Source: Verrucomicrobiota bacterium | GTDB taxonomy: Bacteria > Verrucomicrobiota > Verrucomicrobiia > Chthoniobacterales > UBA6821 | Assembly: GCA_008932965.1 (NCBI GenBank) | Contig: WBXG01000031.1 | Location: 1-20,864, forward strand | DNA: 20,864 bases | Direction: 5' to 3' | Shown: one piece after another, positions 1-6,048 of the stretch | How the letters are laid out: each line of letters opens with the position of its first letter | Numbering within the stretch: position 1 is the stretch's first letter | Notes under the pieces: model-generated | Told to the model about the DNA's origin: nothing | Seen by the model: only the letters and a program-made list of their open reading frames with translations | Database searches by the model: none | Position numbers and translations under genes: made by a program

Positions 1-843
1 ATAAAGGAAGCTTCCAATGAGAAGACTGTAAATAGTATATTCCCAAAATAAGGGGCGGTGTAAGAGTAAGATCACTAAGAGTGGTAACACTGCCATCGCT
101 AAGGTCATGTGATGATTGCTCATGCCAAGAGCAAAACTAAACACAATCCAAACAAAAGCATTACGCCACAATGGAGCGCGAATCCAAAGGTAGCAAAGGC
201 TTGCAAGCGCTAGCATGAGTAAAACATGCATGGAGTATGTTCCTTTGCCAATCGTGGCTTGAGACCAGACCGGGACCGACCAGGCAAAGGTCAATGAAGT
301 AGAGAGGGCTAGAAAAGTCGCAGCATGCCTCTTGACTCCCAACCATCGTGAACTACTGCGGGATAAAAGAGCCACGAGTGCAACTGCCATGGAGGCACAG
401 AGACCAGAAAAAAGATTGAGTTTCCAAGAGCCATTCCCAAAAGGAATGAGTTTGCTAAAAAGACCAGCTGTAATAGTCCACAGAGGATATCCTGAAGGAT
501 GAGGGACACCACAATGCAAGGCCGCAGTAGCCATCTCTCCATCATCTCCTAATCCTACATTTGGCATTACGGTTGACCAAAATGTCACGAGTGCTATTAG
601 AAAAGAAGAAAGTGCCACAAGCCAATCGATTCTTGAAAAAGCATCAAGAGGACGGAGTGCATCCCTCTTTTTTTGAAGATCCGAGGTTTCGAAAGAAGCT
701 GGTGTGAAGTGCATCCCTGTTGCCTGGTTGCTACCAAGCTGACTTTTGAGGAGGAGATGCTTTTCAATAGCGTCAACCCTCTCTTTAATTTTTAAAAAAA
801 GAAAATGGATAGCTTTCGTGAAGAAAAGCAGGAGTGATTCCAT
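1..843 (-). CDS. DUF2723/TMEM260-like GT-C membrane glycosyltransferase, N-terminal part (the gene continues past the left edge)
   Basis: This ORF is not in the ORF track because it has no stop inside the window. I translated the minus strand by hand, and the frame is open from 843 down to 1. It contains hydrophobic helices and the motif GDDGEMATAALHCGVPHPSGYPLWT, which matches the acidic-loop plus HP(P/S)GYP hallmark I associate with DUF2723. The ATG at 843..841 lies 4 nt after the TGA of the upstream gene. An in-frame alternative ATG is at 714..712. Confidence 0.7.
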   Translation of the reverse strand, partial: MESLLLFFTKAIHFLFLKIKERVDAIEKHLLLKSQLGSNQATGMHFTPASFETSDLQKKRDALRPLDAFSRIDWLVALSSFLIALVTFWSTVMPNVGLGDDGEMATAALHCGVPHPSGYPLWTITAGLFSKLIPFGNGSWKLNLFSGLCASMAVALVALLSRSSSRWLGVKRHAATFLALSTSLTFAWSVPVWSQATIGKGTYSMHVLLMLALASLCYLWIRAPLWRNAFVWIVFSFALGMSNHHMTLAMAVLPLLVILLLHRPLFWEYTIYSLLIGSFLY

Positions 844-847
844 ACAA

Positions 848-1594
848 TCAAAAATTACTTATCTCTCGTTTTCTAGGAGTTCGATGGCAGGCGTTTTGAA
901 GGAGCAATTTCCAAACCATAAAAAAAGCTTCAAAAACAATTCCCAACGACATTTTCGAAGTTCCTTGAAAACGATCTGTGAAAATAATGGGAACCTCAAT
1001 AAAAGGAAAGCCGCGGCGCCAAGCACGGTGACTCATTTCAATTTGAAAGCCATATCCATTGGATTGTATTGTTTCAATATTGATGTTTTCTAATGTTTTT
1101 CGATTCCAACATTTAAATCCTCCAGTCGGATCGTGAATCGGCATTCCTGTGATTGCATGCACATAATAGGAGGCTCCCACACTAAGGATGAGACGATGTA
1201 ATGGCCAATTAATAACACGAACTCCGTGTGCATAACGTGACCCAATGGAGAAAGCTGCCTGTTTGTTTTTGACTGGGGCTATGAGTTTAGAAAGGTCATC
1301 TGGATTGTGTGAAAAATCGGCATCCATTTGAATGATGATTTCGTAGTCTCGTTCCAGTGCCCATTGAAATCCGGCCACATAGGCACGGCCAAGTCCATTT
1401 TTTTGAGAGCGACTTAATAAATGAATCCTGGAATTTTTCAGAGATTGCTCTTGAACCCACTGACCTGTTCCATCAGGGGAGTTGTCATCGACCACAAGAA
1501 TATTAATGTTTTCTTCCAACGCTAATAAGGCCTCAACGAGTGGAGGTAGATTATTTCGTTCGTTGTAAGTAGGGATTACCACTATGGAAGCCAT
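848..1594 (-). CDS. polyprenol/dolichol-phosphate mannose synthase (GT2, Dpm1/Ppm1-like)
   Basis: 248 aa. Contains VVIPTYNERNNLPPL, ILVVDDNSPDGTG, GLGRAYVAGF and QMDADFSHNPDDL, the canonical GT2 DXD / Dpm1-type motif series. Confidence 0.85.
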   Translation of the reverse strand: MASIVVIPTYNERNNLPPLVEALLALEENINILVVDDNSPDGTGQWVQEQSLKNSRIHLLSRSQKNGLGRAYVAGFQWALERDYEIIIQMDADFSHNPDDLSKLIAPVKNKQAAFSIGSRYAHGVRVINWPLHRLILSVGASYYVHAITGMPIHDPTGGFKCWNRKTLENINIETIQSNGYGFQIEMSHRAWRRGFPFIEVPIIFTDRFQGTSKMSLGIVFEAFFMVWKLLLQNACHRTPRKREISNF

Positions 1595-1639
1595 TTCAAG
1601 TAAAAATTAAAGGGAACAGGATAAAGAGTAAATAATTCT

Positions 1640-1671
1640 GGGCTGCAGTAGATCAGTATGAAATATGCGGG
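1640..1671. repeat. solo right-terminus fragment of the 176-bp repeat family
   Basis: tgcagtagatcagtatgaaatatgcggg matches the right ends of the full copies (gatcagtatgaa(g/a)tat(t/g)cggg at 3828-3851 and 4012-4031). It is followed by TTAA (1672-1675) and lies 20-25 nt downstream of the gatA stop. Confidence 0.7.
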
Positions 1672-1695
1672 TTAACGCTCTTTTCCTGATAGTCG

Positions 1696-3144
1696 TCATA
1701 GCATTGATGGATGTTGCGTGTGCCATTCTGTAGCCTGTTGATAAGCATGACCCACACGAAAAAGCATTTTTTCTCCAAAAGAAGGCCCAATGAGCTGCAG
1801 GCCTACAGGAAGATCTTTTCCTTCTTTGCTAGCAAAACCACACGGAAGGCTCATGCCACAAATGCCAGCTAGATTAGCAGCAATTGTAAAAATATCGGCT
1901 AGGTACATTTTGAGAGGATCATTGATTTTTTCGCCACAGCGAAATGCTGTTTCAGGAGAGGTCGCTGAGACAATGAGATCAACTTTTTTAAAAGCTTCTT
2001 CAAAATCTTGGCGAATGAGTCTGCGGACTTTCTGAGCACGGAGGTAGTAGGCATCGTAATAGCCGCTTGTGAGCACATAGGTACCAAGAATAATGCGGCG
2101 CTTGACTTCAGCTCCGAATCCTTCTTCACGTGTTTGTTCGTAGAGAGAAAGAAGATCTTTTGTTTGAGCAGAACGCTTGCCATAGCGGACACCATCATAG
2201 CGAGCTAAATTGGAGGAAGCTTCTGCAGTCACGATGATATAGTAAACAGAGACAGCATACTCTGTATGAGGGAGTGAAATTTCTATTGGCTCGGCTCCAA
2301 GTGAGATCATTTGCTTAATAGCCTCTTCCACACGCGTGCGGACACCGGGTTCAATTCCCTCCACAAAATATTCTTTGGGAATTCCGATGCGTACTCCTTT
2401 AAGATCCTGACCTATTTCAGAGGTGAAATCTTCTTTTGGGAGTAATAGAGATGTTGAATCGTGAGAATCTACACCTGAAATTGCATTTAATAAAAGGGCA
2501 CTATCCTCTACAGTATGCGTTAAAGGACCTATTTGATCGAGTGAGGAAGCAAAAGCAATCAAACCATAGCGTGATACACGACCATAAGTAGGCTTCATAC
2601 CAACACAGCCACAGAATGCTGCAGGTTGACGGATGGAACCTCCCGTATCTGATCCCAGCGTCGCCATTGCTATTCCTGCAGCTACTGCTGCTGCTGATCC
2701 ACCGCTTGAACCACCGGGAATACGACTTACATCCCAAGGATTATAGGTTGGATGAAAGGCAGAAGTTTCGGTTGAGGAGCCCATGGCAAATTCATCCATG
2801 TTCAAACGCCCTAATGGGTAAGCTCCTGCTGCTCGAAGATTTTTGATCACGGTAGCATCGTAGGGAGCATGGTATCCCTCTAAAATACGCGAAGATGAGT
2901 AAGCTGGGGCTCCTTGGACGAGAATCGCATCTTTAATTCCAATGGGAATACCCCCCAACGGTTTGGTAAGGTCTGCTTTCTCAGCATCCAGACGTGCCTG
3001 TTGATGATCCCAAGAAAGGTAGGCTTTGATCTTCGGATTAATGGTGCTGATTCGTTGTTCTAACTCTGTGAGAAGCTCAAGCGGAGATATTTTTTTTGTG
3101 ACAAGAAGTCGTCGTGCTTCGGTAATCGAAAGATAAGAAGTCAT
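1696..3144 (-). CDS. gatA: Glu/Asp-tRNA amidotransferase subunit A
   Basis: 482 aa with the amidase signature GGSSGGSAAAVAAG and a GSDTGGSIRQPA block. Length and N-terminus are typical of GatA. Confidence 0.95.
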   Translation of the reverse strand: MTSYLSITEARRLLVTKKISPLELLTELEQRISTINPKIKAYLSWDHQQARLDAEKADLTKPLGGIPIGIKDAILVQGAPAYSSSRILEGYHAPYDATVIKNLRAAGAYPLGRLNMDEFAMGSSTETSAFHPTYNPWDVSRIPGGSSGGSAAAVAAGIAMATLGSDTGGSIRQPAAFCGCVGMKPTYGRVSRYGLIAFASSLDQIGPLTHTVEDSALLLNAISGVDSHDSTSLLLPKEDFTSEIGQDLKGVRIGIPKEYFVEGIEPGVRTRVEEAIKQMISLGAEPIEISLPHTEYAVSVYYIIVTAEASSNLARYDGVRYGKRSAQTKDLLSLYEQTREEGFGAEVKRRIILGTYVLTSGYYDAYYLRAQKVRRLIRQDFEEAFKKVDLIVSATSPETAFRCGEKINDPLKMYLADIFTIAANLAGICGMSLPCGFASKEGKDLPVGLQLIGPSFGEKMLFRVGHAYQQATEWHTQHPSML

Positions 3145-3221
3145 AGGAGGCTTAAAAATGGATTGTGGGGTCTATAAAAAGGAATAAAAAATGAGATTCT
3201 AAAATAAACTCGATCAGATGA

Positions 3222-3260
3222 AACTTTCCTATTTCTTGAAGTATATTACTAAGGAAAGTT
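3222..3260. other. perfect 9-bp inverted repeat (hairpin) in the gatC-gatA spacer
   Basis: aactttcct (3222-3230) and aggaaagtt (3252-3260) are exact reverse complements separated by a 21-nt AT-rich loop. Confidence 0.6.
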
Positions 3261-3270
3261 ATGGGACCTT

Positions 3271-3573
3271 CTACTCAAGAACTTTGGGCACAATAAAGAG
3301 TCCACTCGCTTGATGTGGAGCATTTGCAAGTGCCTCTTTTTTGGGGAGGCTAGGCTGAGGTTGATCGTCGCGCACAACGTCAAAAACAGAAATAGCGTGG
3401 GCCATCGGTTCAATACCAGTAAGATCAATTTTATTGATCAAGGCAACATGTTCAAGAACACGGTCCAGCTGTTTTGAAAAGAGTTCACTCTCCTCTAGGG
3501 TTAAAGTAATTCTGGCGAGACGAGCCAAGTACGGAACATCAAGGAGATGTGAATGAGAAGAAGAGGCCGCCAT
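3271..3573 (-). CDS. gatC: Glu/Asp-tRNA amidotransferase subunit C
   Basis: The C-terminal 100 aa of the 230-aa track ORF (MAASSSHSHLLDVPYLARLARITLTLEESELF...IEPMAHA...) has GatC length and pattern, with the ATG at 3573..3571. The upstream 130 codons run through repeat DNA and are rejected. Confidence 0.9.
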   Translation of the reverse strand: MAASSSHSHLLDVPYLARLARITLTLEESELFSKQLDRVLEHVALINKIDLTGIEPMAHAISVFDVVRDDQPQPSLPKKEALANAPHQASGLFIVPKVLE

Positions 3574-3675
3574 ATTTTCAAAAACTATAAAAACTGATGA
3601 ACGCACCCATGATTGAATCAATAAGGAGCTATTTTTTGTGTCTTTAGATTTAGGTGATTTTTTTAAAAGAGTTAG

Positions 3676-3851
3676 CCCGGATGTTGCATCCCAATCTACT
3701 ACGGAAGCCGGTAAGTCAGATGGATGCTGCACTAGACTTACATTTTGACTTAGGTGGTATGGACTCATACAGCCCGGTGTCAAAATACTCGTCTGCCTTG
3801 CCTTATCAGCCTTTGCGGCCTCCTCGTCACGATCAGTATGAAGTATTCGGG
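3676..3851. repeat. 176-bp MITE/REPIN-like palindromic element, A-type copy 1
   Basis: Flanked by TTAG (3672-3675) and CTAG (3852-3855). The right terminus is gatcagtatgaagtattcggg. The left terminus, cccggatgttgcatccc, is a degenerate form of cccgcatatttcatacc. Homologous along its whole length to 5872-6048. Confidence 0.85.
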
Positions 3852-3855
3852 CTAG

Positions 3856-4031
3856 CCCGCATATTTCATACCGATTCTGCTGCGGCTTGCGAACACCTGA
3901 TGGATACTGCGTTAGCTTCGAATTGCTCCTCGGGCAGTATGAAACATACAGCCGTCGTCGCAATCCATCACCTTCCTTGTCTGCATCAGGATTCGCGGCG
4001 CCTCACGACGAACCAGTATGAAATATGCGGG
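3856..4031. repeat. 176-bp MITE/REPIN-like palindromic element, B-type copy 1 (best-preserved termini)
   Basis: The terminal inverted repeats are cccgcatatttcataccg... and ...ccagtatgaaatatgcggg. CTAG flanks both sides (3852-3855 and 4032-4035). A central mini-hairpin, cagtatgaaacatacag, sits at the exact midpoint (3936-3952). Confidence 0.88.
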
Positions 4032-4320
4032 CTAGAAAGATTTACAAAAAAAAAGATCCTTAACAAGGTTATTTACCAAATGATGTTTCTCGATTGATTC
4101 TTGCTGCTGGAGATGAAGTGCTCTAACCAATGGAGGCTCGCTCCTAGAAAAATAGAAAATTTATAGATCTTCAAGCAGAAAAAAATATAAAATAGTGAAT
4201 AAAAAAGTTTGCTCCTGCCTATGTCTGGGGGGGTGTTTTTTGGGAGCTTAGTCTCCATTACTACAGGATAGTGCTCTTCTTTTCGGCAATTTTTTATAGC
4301 ACGTTCCATGGAAGATTTAA

Positions 4321-4438
4321 CCCGCATATTTCATACTGATTCTGCTGCGGCTTGCGAACACCTGATGGATACTGCGTCAGTCTCGAATCGCTCCTCGGGC
4401 AGTAGGGACTCCTGCAGCCGTCGTTAGAGTTCATTCCT
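4321..4438. repeat. truncated B-type copy (left half conserved, right part diverged and broken off)
   Basis: 4321-4404 differs from 3856-3939 at 5 positions by eye. Similarity then decays (gccgtcgt...cattccttc) and ends at the stop codon of the 4439..5824 CDS. It is preceded by TTAA (4317-4320). Confidence 0.85.
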
Positions 4439-5824
4439 TCACGTTTTTAAATTCAAAATGTCAACCGTTTGAGCTGGAACTTCCAAGAGCTCAGGCTCTT
4501 TCCCAATACGTGCAAAAATTCTTTCCCCAATTTTTTGTCCAAAAGATATTTCGAGCACGGTGTGATCTCCTGCTTGTTCATCGGGAGTATTTTCTGAGAG
4601 GTGAGCAATGAATCGAATTCTTGAGGTTGGTTGAGAAGAATCATCAAGTCCTGCTAATGCTGCTTGAGAAGGGGTAGCTACCTGATAGGAAAGGATCTTT
4701 GTTTTTTCAAGCATCTCCAACATTTTTTCAACAGTTGCCTTTGGTAGGATTGTTTGATTGTCTAGAATCCAATCTTCGCTTCCCCCTAATTGACGATGTA
4801 ATGAAAGGGTTTTTCCCAATGTAGTAATCTCAATACAATCAACCGTATCGAGATTGAGTTCAAAGAGCTGACGATCTCGTAATGCCTCGGGAGTGATCAT
4901 GAAAAGCTGCGATGAAGAAGGAGGTGCTATAAAAATAGCATGACGATCTGAAGAGCAAAGATAACAAGGTGGGGCATTAGTGTTTGCATTTAGATCCTCT
5001 GCCACATTACCTAGGGAGAGTGTTACCGGTTGGGAAATATCCTCCGCAAGTAAGCTTATTGTGGCACGAGGCTGATCTAGTCCATAGGTCGAGAGATTAT
5101 TGGGATCATCATTTCCAACCCGCTTTAAAACTTGTGTAGTAAAAAGAGGAGCAATCCATGATTGTAATGCTTCTGAGGAGATGATTCCAGAAATGGGCTG
5201 GGTCATAACCCATTTCTCATTTTCTTTTTTTAATGAAAGTTGACTCCTGCCACGTGTTACAGTGATCTCTTTTAAAGCATCCAATTTTAACGTGGTAAGG
5301 TAAGGATCACGAAAACTATCGGCATTTAAAAAGGCAATAGTGGCAATTTCAGAAGGGATGATCATGACTGTCTTCTGCTTTTCAAACTGAGCAAAAAGAG
5401 ACTTATCACTAGCGGCTTCATTTCCAATAAAAAGAGTTTGATCTTTGGCTCCTTCTTGATGAATCGTAAGAGAGCGTTTTGGGTTTTGAAGACCCAAGCT
5501 AGAGAGGCTTAATGTATGCTTGAGTTCTTTTGGGTTGAGAATATTGAGTGGTTTGAGTTCTGCAGCGATGGTCAGCAAGTGAACTATTTTTTTATCACTC
5601 ACACGATCAGGTGGCGTTGTAGAAATAGACCAAGCATCCTCCTCTCGCTGTAATGTATGTGTGTCATTGCCATCGGTAATGACAATGCGAGTAACCTTTT
5701 CCGGATCGAGATGAAAGATAGGACCGTCGGAAGCTGATTGTTGGTGAGGAAGGTCTGCAAACAAAAACCAGCTGATAGTTGCAAAAGCTAAAACAAAGAG
5801 AGCGATTGTTCCTCGTCGAGTCAT
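4439..5824 (-). CDS. DUF4340-like single-pass membrane protein (accessory to the GldG-type ABC module)
   Basis: 461 aa with an N-terminal TM helix (IALFVLAFATISWFLF). It has repeated segments of the type V.RI.I.....H.L.RE.D.W.I and ITVTRG..QLSLKKENEKWVMTQP, typical of DUF4340. It sits directly downstream of a GldG-like gene, the usual synteny. Confidence 0.7.
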   Translation of the reverse strand: MTRRGTIALFVLAFATISWFLFADLPHQQSASDGPIFHLDPEKVTRIVITDGNDTHTLQREEDAWSISTTPPDRVSDKKIVHLLTIAAELKPLNILNPKELKHTLSLSSLGLQNPKRSLTIHQEGAKDQTLFIGNEAASDKSLFAQFEKQKTVMIIPSEIATIAFLNADSFRDPYLTTLKLDALKEITVTRGRSQLSLKKENEKWVMTQPISGIISSEALQSWIAPLFTTQVLKRVGNDDPNNLSTYGLDQPRATISLLAEDISQPVTLSLGNVAEDLNANTNAPPCYLCSSDRHAIFIAPPSSSQLFMITPEALRDRQLFELNLDTVDCIEITTLGKTLSLHRQLGGSEDWILDNQTILPKATVEKMLEMLEKTKILSYQVATPSQAALAGLDDSSQPTSRIRFIAHLSENTPDEQAGDHTVLEISFGQKIGERIFARIGKEPELLEVPAQTVDILNLKT

Positions 5825-5871
5825 AATAGTTTATAATCTAGTTGAAAAAAGTAGCAGATATTGAGTTTCAA

Positions 5872-6048
5872 CCCAAATATTTCATACCAATCTACTACGG
5901 AAGCCGAGAAGCAAAGGTGGATGCTGCGTTAGACTTCCATTTTGACTTGGACAGTATGTATTCATACAGCCCTGCATCAAAATACTCCTCTACCTTGCCT
6001 CATCAGCCTTTGCAGTTACCTAGTCACGATCAGTATGAAATATCCGAG
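5872..6048. repeat. 177-bp MITE/REPIN-like element, A-type copy 2, inside the ABC operon
   Basis: Aligns end to end with 3676-3851, roughly four fifths identical by eye with one 1-nt indel. The termini are cccaaatatttcatacc and gatcagtatgaaatatccgag. The flanks are TCAA (5868-5871) and TTAT (6049-6052), and the TTA of the latter is the stop codon of the GldG-like CDS. Confidence 0.85.

Noticed and set aside
746-1093. This entry covers the antisense or out-of-frame track ORFs inside well-supported genes. They are 161..346, 309..545, 746..1093, 1790..2035, 1899..2198, 2008..2208, 2501..2737, 2616..2846, 4453..4647, 5599..5784, 5942..6184, 7624..7944, 7778..7972, 8292..8561, 8659..8907, 9760..10032, 10173..10385, 10184..10528, 11892..12074, 11975..12301, 12498..12689, 14189..14395, 14670..14858, 14925..15230, 15562..15765, 15832..16044, 16433..16657, 18716..18913, 19092..19274 and 19100..19357.
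   Set aside because: Each one overlaps a longer ORF with clear family motifs, on the opposite strand or in another frame. Their translations are low-complexity or Cys/Ser/Leu-rich with no recognisable domains, as expected for shadow ORFs.
3574-3963. 130-codon N-terminal extension of the gatC ORF (the track ORF 3271..3963 is 230 aa).
   Set aside because: The extension runs through repeat copies A and B and has no GatC-like sequence. GatC proteins are about 95-100 aa, and the internal ATG at 3573 gives exactly that.
3654-4097. 147-aa plus-strand ORF spanning both tandem repeat copies. Its counterpart is the 85-aa ORF at 5842..6099, which spans the other A-type copy, and the two give similar peptides (DAALDLHFDLGGMDSYSP... 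/ DAALDFHFDLDSMYSYSP...).
   Set aside because: The similarity is just the DNA repeat read in one frame. Differences between copies are spread over all codon positions rather than being biased to synonymous sites. One ORF needs a TTG start, and neither has a ribosome-binding site. The reading frames end shortly after the repeats. I take them as non-coding.
4095-4146. tRNA-like stretch on the minus strand (ggagcgagcctccattggttagagcacttcatctccag), with a D-arm-like TTGGTTAGAGCA and a CTCCA-containing loop reminiscent of a tRNA 5' half.
   Set aside because: It has no T-arm (GTTCGAATC-type). No 3' strand is complementary to the putative acceptor stem, and the anticodon stem does not pair. At best it is a decayed tRNA fragment, and it is not reportable as a tRNA gene.
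4227-4240. G7 followed by T6, a homopolymer pair that could be a phase-variable tract.
   Set aside because: It is not inside or immediately upstream of any credible ORF or promoter that I can identify, and it is a single tract with no evidence of length variation.
4073-4327. 84-aa minus-strand ORF in the unique core between the repeats.
   Set aside because: Its ATG is the reverse complement of the CAT inside the repeat terminus (cccgCAT). The composition is low-complexity and AT-driven, and there are no recognisable motifs or a ribosome-binding site.
3672-4440. Possible CRISPR array, because of the closely spaced repeats.
   Set aside because: The units are 176 bp and abut directly with no spacer. 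They are internally palindromic over their whole length and occur dispersed elsewhere. There is no regular repeat-spacer periodicity, and no cas genes are present.
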